Assembly (NCBI RefSeq): GCF_963921235.1
Contig: NC_086097.1
Coordinates: forward strand, 95,234,001-95,298,000
Length of the DNA: 64,000 nucleotides
Direction of reading: 5' to 3'
DNA from: Mobula hypostoma
Taxonomy: Eukaryota
The position numbers were made by a program, and so were the translations under genes. Shown piece after piece: positions 51,582 through 63,617 of the stretch. Every line of letters begins with the position of its first letter. Position 1 is the first letter of the stretch. A model generated the notes under the pieces. The model searched no databases, was not told the origin of the DNA, and saw only the letters and a program-made list of their open reading frames with translations.

Positions 51582-53070
51582 TCAAACCTGAGGAAATCTG
51601 AAGATGCTGGAAATTCAAGCAACACACACAAAATGCTGGTAGAATGCAGCAGGCCAGGCAGCATCTCTAGGAAGAGGTACAGTCGAAGTTTCGGGCCGAG
51701 ACCCTTTGTCAGGACTAACTGAAAGAAGAGATAGTAAGAGATTTGAAAGTGGGAGGGGGAGGGGTGGAGCCAAGAGCTGGACAGGTGATAGGCAAAAGGG
51801 ATACAAGGCTGGAGAAGGGAGAGGATCATGGGACAGGAGGCCTAGGGAGAAAAAAGGGGGAGGGGAGCACCAGAGGAAGATGGAGAGCAGGCAAGGAGTA
51901 ATTGTGAGAGGGACAGAGAGAGAAAAAAGGTGGGGGGGGAGAGATAAATAAGTAAATAAATGGGATGGGGTAAGAAGGAGAGGAGGGGCATTAACGGAAG
52001 TTAGAGAAATTAATGTTTATGCCATCAGGTTGGAGGCTACCCAGACAGAATAGAAGGTGTTGTTCCTCCAACCTGAGTGTTGCTTCATCTTGACAGTAGA
52101 GGAGGCCATGGATAGACATGTCAGAATGGGAATGAGACGTGGAATTAAAATATGTGGCCACTGGGAGATCCTGCTTTCTATGGCAGACAGAGTGTAGGTG
52201 TTCGGCGAAACGGTTTCCCAGTCTGCGTCGGGTCTCACCAATATATAGAAGGCCCCCCTGGGAGCACTGGACGCAGTATATCACACCAGTGGACTCACAG
52301 GTGAAGTGTCGTCTCACCTGTAAGGACTGTCTGGGGCCCTGAATAGTGGTGAGGGAGGAAATGTAAGGGCAGGTGTAGCACTTGTTTCGCTTACAAGGAT
52401 AAGTGCTAGGAGGGAGATCAGTAGGAAGGGATGGGGGGTACGAATGGACAAGGGAGTCACGTAGGGAGCGATCCCTGCAAAAAGCAGAAGGTGGGGAGAA
52501 GAAAAGATGTGCTTGGTGGTGGGATCCCATTGGTGGTGGCGGAAGTTACGGAGAACTACATGTTGGACCCAGAAGCTGGTGGGGTGGTAGGTGTGGACAA
52601 GGGGAACCCTATCCCCAGTGGGGTGGTGAGAGGACAGGGTGACAGCAGATGTGCGTGAAATGGGAGAGACGCGTTTGCGAGCAGAGTAGATGGTGGAGGA
52701 AGGGAAGCCCCTTTCTTTAAAACAGGAAGACATCGCCTTTGCCCTGGAATGAAAAGCCTCATCCTGAGAGCAGATGCGGTGGAGACGGAGGAATTGCGAG
52801 AAGGGGATGGCATTTTTGCAAGAGACAGGGTGGGAAGAGGAATAGTATAGGTAGCTGTGACAGTCCATAGGCTTATAATAGACATCAGTATATAAGCTGT
52901 CTCCAGAGATAGAGACGGAAAGATCAAGAAAGGGGAGGGAGGTGTCGGAAATGGACCAGGTAAATTTGAGGGCAGGGTGAAAGTTGGATGCAAAGTTAAT
53001 GAAGTCAACGAGCTCAGCATGCATGCAAGAAGCAGCGCCAATGCAGTTGTTTATGTAGCGAAGGAAGAGT
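51582..53070 (-). mobile_element. Penelope element left arm (RT C-terminal half, GIY-YIG, 3' end with tail)
   Basis: FLRYINNCIG, LPFLDL, DVYYKP, IPFSQFLRL (52314..53090); VIYCVQC...YIGET (51991..52530). Confidence 0.93.
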
Positions 53071-55128
53071 GATCTCAGCGGGTCTACCAACCCCAGGCAT
53101 ATTCAAAACCCGGACTCCAGCGCCATCAATGCGGGTTCCAACGACAATGGACACCTTCAAACCGATTGTGCAGCCTCCAACTGCGACTCCAGCCTTGAAC
53201 TCCAGGCCGGGTCTTCACATGCTGCTATTGTGACTCCCGTCTCCCCTTCCCCCACCACTACTCTGCAACCCCGTCTCCCTCAGATCCCATCGTCAGGTCC
53301 TGGGCCCTCAGAGGCTCCATCTTCCTCTCACCCCAACCCTCCCCTCTCCACTGACACTACCAGCCTGCCCCTCCCCCCTCTGATCCCAGCTCTCATCTGT
53401 GCCAGGTCTTTACCATCCCCTCTGACCTTCAACTCTCTGAGGCAGAGCGCTCTGTCCTCAGTAAGGGCCTTACCTTTGTCCCCCTTCGCCCACACCTCAG
53501 CGAGTTCCGCATGTGGCATGACGCTGAACTCTTCTTCCGCCAGCTGAATCTTCGAGCCTACTTCTTCGGCAAGGACTCTCCCACCCCTACCGATGACCCC
53601 TTCTCCCGTCTTCAACCCTCCTCCTCTTCATGGACACCCTGCTGTGATCTTCTGCCTGCTCTGGATCTCTTTATTGCTAACTGCCGACGGGACATCAACT
53701 GTCTCGACTTCACCACACCTTGTTCCCATTCCAACCTCACTCCTTCCAAACGCTCTGCTCTCCACTCCCTCCGCACTAATCCTAACCTTACTATAAAACC
53801 CGCCGATAAGGGGGGATGCTTTTGTAGTCTGGCGTATTGACCTCTACCTTGCCAAGGCACAGCGACAACTCGCTGATACCTCCTCTTATTTATCCCTTGA
53901 TCATGACCCCACTAAGGAGCACCAGGCCATTGTCTCCCACACCATCTCCAGCCTTATCAGCTCAGGGGATCTCCCATCCACTGCCACCAACCTCATAGTT
54001 CCCACACCCCGACTTCCCGTTTCTACCTCTTACCTAAGATCCACAAACTTGCCTGTCCAGGTAGACCCACTGTCTCAGCTTGCTCCTGCCCCACCAAACT
54101 AATTTCTGCATACCTCGACACTGTTTTATACCCCCTTGTTCAATCCCTTCCCACCTATGTTCATGACACTTCTCACACTCTGAATTTTTCCAATGATTTT
54201 AAGTTCCCTGGCCCTACCGCTTTATTTTCACCTTGGATGTCCAGTCCCTATATACCTCCATCCCCCACCAGGAAGGTCTCAAAGCTCTCTGCTTCTTTTT
54301 GGATTCCAGACCTAACCAGTTCCCCTCTACCACCACTCTCCTCCATCTAGCGAAATTAGTCCTTACTCTTAATAATTTCTTCTTTGGCTCCTTCCACTTC
54401 CTCCAAACTAAAGGTGTAGCCATGGGCACCCGTATGGGTCCCAGCTATGCCTGCCTTTTTGTTGGCTTTGTGGAACAGTCCATGTTCCAAACCTATACTG
54501 GTATCCGTTCCCCACCTTTCCTTCACTACATTGACGACTGCATTGGCGCTGCTTCCTGCACGCATGCTGAGCTCGTTGACTTCATTAACTTTGCATCCAA
54601 CTTTCACCCTGCCGTCAAATTTACCTGGTCCATTTCCGACACCTCCCTCCCCTTTCTTGATCTTTCTGTCTCTATCTCTGGAGACAGCTTATCTACTGAT
54701 GTCTACTATAAGCCTACAGACTCTCACAGCTACTTGGACTATTCCTCTTCCCACCCTGTCTCTTGCAAAACTGCCATGCCCAGTGGCCACATATTTTAAT
54801 TCCACGGTCCCATTCCCATTCTGATATGTCTGTCCATGGCCTCCTCTACTGTCAAGATGAAGCCACACTTGGGTTGGAGGAACAACACCTTATATTTCGT
54901 CTGAGTAACCTCCAACCTGATGGCATGAACATGATTTCTCTAACTTCTGTTAATGCCCCCCCCTTCTTACCCCATCCCATTTATTTATTTATTTCCCCCC
55001 TTTTTTTTTTCCCCTCTCTCTTTTTTCCCTCTCTGTCCCCCTCACAATAACTCCTTGCCTGCTCTCCATCTTCCTCTGGTGCTCCCCTCCCCCTCTCTTT
55101 CTCCCTAGGCCTCCCATCCCATGATCCT
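53071..55128 (+). mobile_element. Penelope element right arm (N-terminus and RT, internal deletion at ~54778, truncated 3' UTR)
   Basis: LTIKPADKGG, DVQSLYTSIP, GVAMGTRMGPSYA, YIDD (54233..54799); jumps to the GIY-YIG end. Confidence 0.93.
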
Positions 55129-55764
55129 GATGAGAGAAGCTTATTCAACACAGATTATCTTTGAAACCTTTCCTTCTTTGCGGATAAGCACACTGAATTC
55201 ATTGGGGCAGAGGCACTTGTGTCTTCCTGAAGCATATTCTTTGAAGGTTAACATCACTTCTAGCTTACTGTACTCTGCTATATGCTATACAATAAAACTG
55301 TGTCCACAAATTTTCTGTTCTTACAACCTTTTAACCCAATTGATTTCAGTGAGACCTCTGTACTTCAGGAATTTGGTGTTGTTTTCCCTACAGGTGAAGT
55401 GCAGGTTCTCTGGGTTAGATACAGAAAGTACTATACACAAATGATGCTGAAAGATAAAATAAAAACACAACTGTTTCTTTCTATCCTGTCTCCATTCCAC
55501 TGAGACAAAGTTTTCAACCTTAATAAAGTACTCAATATGACCAGAAATTATCGAGATTTACACTCGTTAACTCCTGGATTTAAAGCTGTACACATGTTCA
55601 CTGATTGGTATTCTGGTGTACCCAAGATTTCCTTCAATACATTATAGACATCTGTAACTGCACCTACTTGTTTCTTTAAGACTCTCCTTATTCCGTACAT
55701 TTTTTGTGTTGCTCTGTGCTCAGGGTCCTTAACTCTTGTTAACTGACTCATGCATACTTTACGT

Positions 55765-56295
55765 GTGCATTTTGCAGCATGGTGGTTGTCCAACATGTCC
55801 GACGATCACAAGAAACCTGTGCAAGAGGGTTTTTAAAGTGGAAGAGCCGTTGCACTGGGGCAGTTCCACTCTCTCAGTCTTGGTAGTTCAGGTCCAATGG
55901 TACAAACAAGTGTCACAGACTGGGATCTTCCTTGGTTGCAATGGATGACCATGACGTCTTCTGTGCCTTGTCATGGTCTTTGCTCTCCATGGAACGTTGC
56001 AGTACCGCCTTCCTAGCTGTTGGATCTCATCCGCTCAGTCCGCCAGAGCGGACTTTGCATGCTAGGACAGGGGTATGTCCAGTCTCACAGGGGTAGGAAG
56101 CCGCAGGCTGCACTTACCTGGTTAAGCTCACTTGTCGAAGCGATGTACCCCTGTAGACGCTGTTGTATGCAAACAGCTAACTGAAGCCACAGGTGAGAGA
56201 TGTGTGTTTAGTGCGGACGAAGGGTGAGCGAGCAGCCCTGGAATGGACATGACAAGCCCCCTCACCAGAGATGCTACCCCTCCCTGGACATCCCA
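55765..56295 (-). mobile_element. RTE-type 5' leader or non-autonomous derivative without ORF
   Basis: Minus-strand start GTCCAGGGAGGGGTAGCATCTCTGGTGAGGGGGCTTGTCATGTCC and GCGGATGAG...CAACAGCTAGGAAGGCGG motif. Confidence 0.55.
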
Positions 56296-57271
56296 TTTTG
56301 CAGCATTGATGGTGGTTAACTAATCAGGAGCTCTGCCTGATTTTCTCTCACGGATGCAGCATAAACTATATTCACCTAGTGGGACACAGTGAGAGAATCA
56401 ATGCGTGGATAAACTATTGATAATCAAATTAGCACTGAGATCGTGAAGTCTGCTTTCAAACAAAAGAAGAAAGGACAGGGCACTATAAAAGTAGCAGGGA
56501 GTAAAAGAAATCAATGTAGTCCAGATACAAGAAGACACTAGAAGTTAAATTAACACCTGCACCCACATGGGTTAAATCGATTCGGAGACACTGTATCCAG
56601 TTCTGGATGCTCAATCTCAGGAAGGATGTATCAATCTTAATGAGGATGCAGAACAAATTCATCAAAATTATATTGCTGCTAAAGGGAGTAAATTATGAGC
56701 AGGGGTTGCATGGACCAGGTTTACATTAGCTTAGGTATGGATGATTAGGTGATCTAATTGTGATGTTTAAAATAATTAAAATATTTGATAAATAAGTATT
56801 TCCTCACAAGGAATTCCAGAATAAGAAGAATCAAAACCAGAACTGGGATAAGAGATGAGATAAGATGAGACTGTTTCCACAACAAATAATCTAGACGGCT
56901 CTTTCAACAAAATCTGAAGTTAAGAGGCTCAAATAAAAATTCCAACTTCAGAAATTAGATTTTAGTGATCAGTAAATGGAGTCAAAGCATAACCAGTGGC
57001 ATCTTCAGTTCTGTACACCTCCAGCAGCAATGAAAACTGAAAGCTTACTAAATATCAGACATCACCAGCACTCTTTATATTTAAAAGGATCTCTTGATTA
57101 GTGCCAAATTCAGAAGGAAACAATCCATATTTGCATTGCTGCTTGAAGAATTTGCACACCCATTGTTAAGGTGCACTGAAACTCTCACCATGACACTCTG
57201 TTTTCTATTAATCAGGCTAAATGTCTTCATTAAACATCAAGCTCAGACATGAGATTGAGATTCTTCTAAGT

Positions 57272-57335
57272 CAGGGGCTCCCAACCCTTCTTATGCCATC
57301 CACCAAAAGCATTAACAAAGGTTTGGAAACCCCTG
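57272..57335. mobile_element. 64-bp hAT (Charlie/MER5-like) miniature remnant
   Basis: TIRs CAGGGGCTCCCAACC / GTTTGGAAACCCCTG; 8-bp flanks TTCTAAGT / TTTTAAAT. Confidence 0.65.
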
Positions 57336-57949
57336 TTTTAAATGAAGATGCATCCCATTCATCTGCTAAAGATCTATTTTATTGAATTTTATGTTGATCA
57401 TAAAATGATTTTGCTCAGTCCTAAACCAGAGACTTCAATAAGGTTTATTGCTATATTTACCAATGGATCCGAATGGCCTACTTCTGCTCCTAAATCTTAT
57501 GGTAATATAAAACTAAGGAGTAACACTTCTTCCCAAGGTGCAGTCTGAATGCAGAACTAGTTAACGCAGAGCAGTTGAGGTGAGTGACACTCTTGGGATT
57601 AGAATCTAGAGAAGTATATGGGGAAAGCAATAGAAAGTTTACATAACATGGAAGGGGAAGAGGCTCATGTGGCTTTGATCAAATGGCCAGTTTGTGCAAC
57701 ATAAATTCTACTGTAATTCTACACCACCAAACAGATGGATTTATGACTTATTCAGTCTAAAGCAGTCACTAATCACTTTTGACTATTTCTTGACTTGCTA
57801 TCTACCATCTTATCCTGCCCACAGTAAATCTTTTTTTTTGTTTTTCAAAAGATAGTCTCATTAATCACGATGATTAAACTACCAGTTGCTTGCGAAGATT
57901 TATCTGGCCTGATGTGGTCTATGTGTCTCCCTACCCATTAAGATTGACT

Positions 57950-59390
57950 CCCAATAAGGAAATGGCAGAGAAATTAAACAAATATTGTGTCCCTTTTCAA
58001 GAAGATACAGAAAACTTTCCAAAAGCAGTGCACAGTTCTACAGTGAATAGAAGCAAAAAGAAATTAGCAGTAGTTAAAAAATAGTACTGGAGATATCAAT
58101 GAGACCAAAAGGCAATAAATTCCCATAAGCTGATGACTTGAATCTATAGTTTTGTAGGAGGTGTGTACAAAGATAATGGATGCACTGGTTGCCAAGTTAC
58201 AAAATTCAATAGATTCGTGAATCATTCCTACTGATTGGAAGGAAGCAAATATATTTCCATTATTTAAGAAAGAAGGGAGTGAGGAAATAGAAATTGCTGA
58301 CATGTGTTGCCAGGAAGATGTCAAAATCCATTATTAAAAAGGAGGACACATCAAAATTAATGAGTCAACATGGATTTACAAAACGAACAAAAAATGTCTT
58401 GCGAGTTGTGAGGTTGAAACTAGCAAAATACAAAAAGAAAAAGATGATATGGTGTATTTTAACTTTTAGAAAGCTTCCAATAAGGTCCCACACAAGAGGT
58501 CAGTAAACAAAATTGACACATCGAATTGGGATTAACAATGGTGTAGGTTAATGAGATGAGAAAGCTGTAGGAATAAATGAGTTATTTTGGGTGATAAGCT
58601 GTGACTCCTGAGGTGCCTAGGGTTTGCTGCTATCGTCCAACTGTTCAAAATTAATATTAGTGGCTTGTATGAAAGGATAATATGAATATACTCAAGTCTG
58701 TTGATGATTCAAGGCTGGTTTCAGGGGAATATAAACTGGACAGATGAATGGGCAAGGACATAGCAACTGACATATAATGTGGAATAGATACCAAGTAGGG
58801 AAATTAAAACGATGGAAGAATAAAAGAACTGTATACGAAAGCACCTGTGTGCCCTTGTATATTAATCACTGAACGTTAACACGTAGGCCAATTGGAATTT
58901 ACTTCATGTGGATTTCAGTTCAAGAATAAAGGCATCCTGGTGAGACAGCACTCACTGTCTCACAGCCTACAGCAGTAATCTCCCAAAGTAATAAATTATG
59001 TACTTTTGATGGAGAGAGTACAATAAGAAGCCTTCAGATTAAATGCTGGACTGGGGTTTTATTCCAGGAGGAAAGAATGATAGGCAATCTCATTAATATA
59101 TAAAATATTCCAATTGGGGAAAGTGCAAGAATGGTGTTCACTCTGGGTCTGATATCCAGAACAAAATAAGGAATTGGCCATTCAGGACTAGGATGAGAAG
59201 AAACCTATTCACCCAGACAGTGGTGAATCTTAGAAAGTCTCTAATCAAAGAGAGCCGTGATGACTTAGTCAGCAAATCTATTCAGGACAGATTAAAAATA
59301 TTTAGATATTAAAGAAAAAATTTAGTCATGATCTTCCTGAATGCTGAAACAGACAAGAAGGGCCAAATAGCCGATACCTAATTTTTCTTC
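57950..59390 (+). mobile_element. Highly decayed CR1 LINE
   Basis: MAEKLNKY, IPTDWKEANIFPLFKK, SQHGF remnants; CR1-like 3' end. Confidence 0.75.
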
Positions 59391-59479
59391 TTCAACTATC
59401 TTATTGGCTAAATCAATAACCCAGTCTGGGAAATTGCTCACTTTTTAAACTCTGCTCACAGTTTCAATGTCATTACAGG

Positions 59480-60157
59480 ACCACCACATAGGAATAACAA
59501 GGAAAGTGTGCAAGCGCCTTTACTTTCTTAGAAGGTTGAAGAGGTCCGGCATGTCACTGAGCACTCTAACGAACTTCTTCAGGTGTACTGGTTGAAGTAT
59601 CCTGACTGGTTGCTTCATGGTCTGGTATGGCAATTTGAAAGCACAAGAACATAGGAAGCTGTAGAGAGTGGTGGATTCAGCTCAGTACAATATAGGCACA
59701 TCCCTCCCACCATTAAAAGTATCTACCTGAGGCACTGTCTTAAAAAGACACCTATCATTAAAGATCCCCACTACTTAGGCCATGACATCTTCATGCAGAT
59801 ACCATTGGGCAAGAGGTACAAAAGACTGAAGTTCCACACCACCAGGTTCAAGATCAGCTATTTCCCTTCAACAATTTGCATCTTGAACTAAATAGCAGAG
59901 CTTTAATCAGAATCTCAGTATATTCACACAGAGCTTTAATTAGAATCTCAGTAGATTCACACAATGACCATTTTTCACAACGAACCATTTTTTGTTCTGC
60001 GTTCTTTCTTGTATAATATTATGTAGAATATATGTTTTTTATGACTGCTGTGTCCCTAATGCTATGTGCTTAAGAATTTGCTGCAAGTATGTTTTTTTCA
60101 ATTATACCCATACATACATGTAGTTGTTGCAAATGACACTAAGCTTGACTTTGACTA
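59480..60157 (+). mobile_element. Rex1/Babar 3' fragment containing a 33-bp tandem duplication (59896-59961)
   Basis: RLYFLRRLKRSGM; tail ATGACACTAAGCTTGACTTTGACT. Confidence 0.8.
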
Positions 60158-60785
60158 TAGGTCTAATTTTTCCCTAGTACTGCACATTCTTCAAAGCCTA
60201 ATGCCATCGGAGATCTCTACCCACTTCCATTTCTGGCCTCCATGCCTGGAAAACATTGATGGGGATCTTGCTGTAAATAAAGCACTATTAAAAGGGTTGC
60301 GGCTTATGAAAGTGTGGTGCTTCACAGACTGGAAGTGTGGCAAGTTTGCAGCCTTGACCAAATAGGGAGACCAGACAAGTAAGCATCTTCAACCTGTACA
60401 TCCATCATGAATACATTTGAAAATAATTATCATGCATCTGAAAAAACAGCAAGTCAAGGCACCGAGTAAGATGCACAGAGATATATCATTATAACTATAC
60501 TGGAACTGAGAACACATCCTGTATATCGGAAAATTTAAAACAGGAAGGGAATCTTTTCTCTGGAAAATAGAAAGAAGATGGAATGACATAACAGAGGTGC
60601 TTAGAAGTATGAAGGGCTTGACAATATCGACAAAAAAAGCTACACATGAAGCTGGTCATCAATCCAATAAAAAATTTAGAATATTTTGTTTAAAACACAG
60701 ATTGATCAGAATGTAGAATACATTATCACCTCAAGTGACTGCCATGTATTTTAGAAGCACAGGGAGGTAAAGAAATTAAATAGGG

Positions 60786-61450
60786 TTCAGTTCAACTTCA
60801 AGTTCAATTTATTGTCATTCAACCGTATACATGTGTACCACCAAATGAAACAACATTCCTCTGGACAACACAGTACAGATAACTCACACACACAACACAT
60901 AAAGTAATATTACCTCAAATAAATTAACAAACAGTAAGGTGCATTTATGATACAAGATTAAAAGGTGACCTTCCAGATGAGCTCAATGCCTTCTACGCTC
61001 TCTTTGACCATCAAAACATGGAGGAAACATCATGAACTCCCACAACCCCCCATGATCCTGTAATTTCAGTCTTTGAGGCCAACATGTGTGTAGCCTTCAT
61101 GAAGGTGAAACTACAAAAAACATCCAGCCCAGACAGGGTAGCTCTCCAAGTACTAAAAACCTGTGCTGATCAACACAAAGATTTTTCACCTCTCGCTTGG
61201 GCAGTCCAATGTGCCCACCTACTTCAAGCAGGATTCAATTATACCAGTGCCTAGGCAGAAAATGGTAACCTGCCCCAATGACTATCATCCAGTGGGACTT
61301 GCAGCCACAGTGATGAAGTGCTTTGAGAGGCTGGTGATGAAACATATCAACTCTTGCCTGAGAATGGGACTAATTCTGGAGCAACGTACTGATGCCAGAA
61401 TACAACAAATTTCATAACGTATGCCAGTGGTTTTAAACCTGATTCTGATT
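60786..61450. mobile_element. Rex1/Babar fragments: minus-strand tail (60786-60960) then plus-strand RT fragment (60969-61362)
   Basis: VPTYFKQ...PNDYHPVGLAATVMKCFERLV; tails at 60786 and ~61440. Confidence 0.7.
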
Positions 61451-61659
61451 CAGTGGTCCTCTCAATCAGACATACTGTATATTGTAAATGAATGAATAGA
61501 GAGCCCACCCTTTCCTGAATGTAGCAACACAGATGGCTAGGGTAATGGTAACATGTGGCATGCTTGTCTTCATACTTCACGTGAGAGGTAGGATGCCATG
61601 TTGCAATTTTACAAAACACTAATTAGTTTGTACTTGGAATCTTCTGTGCACCTTTGTTC

Positions 61660-62165
61660 TCCACACTAAAAGAAGAATATACTGGTCTGGTGCTAGAAAG
61701 AATACAGGGGAGATTCACCAAGATGTTGGTTAGATTGGAGGACTGTAGTTATGGGAACAGATTAGATACCCAGGGTTGTTTACCCAGGAGCAAATGAGGC
61801 AGAGGGTGATCTGATAAGATTATGAAAGGCATTAAAAAGGGCAGATAGTCAGACTCTTTTCCCAATACCTGTAATAGGAATATCAAAAACAGACAGCATA
61901 GGCTTAATAAGAGCTGAAGAAGTTTAAAGGAAATCTAAGAAGTTTTTTTTTAAACCAAAAGAGTGCTTGATATTTGGAATGTGCTGTCACAGAAGGCAGA
62001 ATCAGATACAATTACAGCAGTTAAGAAGTATTTGGACAGAGGGTTAAATAGGCAAAGCTTAGAAGGAAATGATCCTAAAGTAGGAAAATGGGAGCAGTAG
62101 AGATGGGCAAGGTGGTCAGCGTGGATGTGGAGGCTGAAGGCCTGTTTCTGTGCTACACAAACTCT
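61660..62165 (+). mobile_element. CR1 3' fragment
   Basis: LERIQGRFTKML; tail GGCTGAAGGCCTGTTTCTGTGCT. Confidence 0.75.
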
Positions 62166-62431
62166 AGGATTTGTTTGAAAAGGACGCATTGCTAGGATTG
62201 GAGAAGTAGGGTGGGGAGAGAGTAACAACACAAACCACTTCAGCCAAATATCTATTCCCTTGCCATATACTATGCACATACTTGGCCGCAAAGAGCATGC
62301 AATGTGATCAGAGATATAAAAAGGATGAGGTATTTGTAGAATTTCCACCAGCTGTGTCTTAATAGAACAAACTAAAATACACTTTTAAAATACCTCCGGA
62401 TTTTTGATTTCAGACATCACTGAAACATATT

Positions 62432-62621
62432 CACGAGGAAATCTGCAGATGCTGGAAATTCAAGCAACACACACAAAATGCTGGTGGAACGCAGCAGGCC
62501 AGACAGCATCTATAGGAAGAAGCACAGTCGACGTTTCCGGCCCAGACCCTTCGTTAGGACTAGTGCTTCTTTCTATGGCTGCTGTCTGGCCTGCTGCGTT
62601 CCACCAGCATTTTGTGTGTGT
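62432..62621. mobile_element. 190-bp Penelope-terminus hairpin with 15-bp TSD
   Basis: Inverted PLE termini; TCACTGAAACATATT at 62417-62431 and 62622-62636. Confidence 0.92.
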
Positions 62622-62684
62622 TCACTGAAACATATTGGCCTTTTAGACCCTTGAGCCAGTTCTGACACCCAGTCTGATTTAAAG

Positions 62685-63235
62685 AGTCAGAGTCATACAG
62701 CATAGAAATAGGCCCTTCAGCCCATTTCACTCATGCTGACCAAACTGCCCACCAAGCTAGCCCCATTTGCACATATTTGGACTACATCTCTCTAAACCTC
62801 TCCTATTAATGTACTTATCCTCGTGCCTTTTAAATGCTGTTATTGTACCTGCCTCAACCATATTCTCTGACAGCTCATTCCAAGTGTGCACCACTCTCTG
62901 TATGAAGATGTTGCCCCTCCGCTCCCTTTTAAAATCTTTCATCTCCCATTTTAAACTTATGCCCTCTACTTTTTATTTACACTTCCCTGGAAAAAAAAGC
63001 TCTGTGTGTTCACCATATCAATGCCCCTCATAATTTTATATACCTCTACAAGGTCACCACTCCAAGGAATTAAATCCTAGCCGGCCCAGGTTTCCCCTAT
63101 AACTCAAGTCATAGCAGCATCTTCGTACATCTTTTCTGTACTCTCACTGGTTTAATGATGTCTTTCATTTAACAGGGTGATCAGATCACACGACATTCCA
63201 AGAATGATCTCACCAATGTCCTGCTTAACTCCAAC
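62685..63235 (-). mobile_element. CR1 3' fragment
   Basis: FIQRVVHTWNELSENMVEAGTITAFKRHEDKY. Confidence 0.85.
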
Positions 63236-63282
63236 AGTCCCTTGTAGTTCACAGTCTTTAATATCCTTGTTCAACATAAACT

Positions 63283-63617
63283 TAAAGATTAAAGATTAGC
63301 TTTATTTGTCACAAGTACATTGAAATGCACAGTGAAATGCGTCTTTTGCATCAAATTAAATCAGGGAGGATTGTGCTAGGCAGCCTGCAAGTGTCACTAC
63401 GCTTCTGGCACCAATATGGCATGCCCACAACTCACTAACCCTAACCATATGTCTTTCAAATATGGGAGGAAACAGGAGCACCCACTGGATACTCACGCGG
63501 TCACAGGGAGAACATACAGACTCCTTACGATCAGCAGCAGTGCTGTAAATCGGTGCTTGCTGGTGTTGTAAAGTGATGCGCTAACCGTTATGCAACCATA
63601 CATAACCGTGCTGCCCC
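63283..63617 (-). mobile_element. V-SINE-like element with Rex1/Babar-type tail
   Basis: tRNA-like head GGGGCAGCACGG...GGTTAGCGC, V-type body, tail TTTCACTGTGCATTTCAATGTACTTGTGACAAATAAAG(CTAATCTTT)n. Confidence 0.75.

Noticed and set aside
51575..55137. TSD around the large Penelope composite
   Set aside because: No direct repeat found; only a 7-bp inverted match TCTCTCA/TGAGAGA, which is within chance
55548..55796. 82-aa minus-strand ORF with protein-like composition
   Set aside because: No recognisable family or convincing splice context; begins inside a repeat-derived segment
59896..59961. 33-bp tandem duplication
   Set aside because: Real, but an ordinary slippage event within a dead LINE 3' UTR
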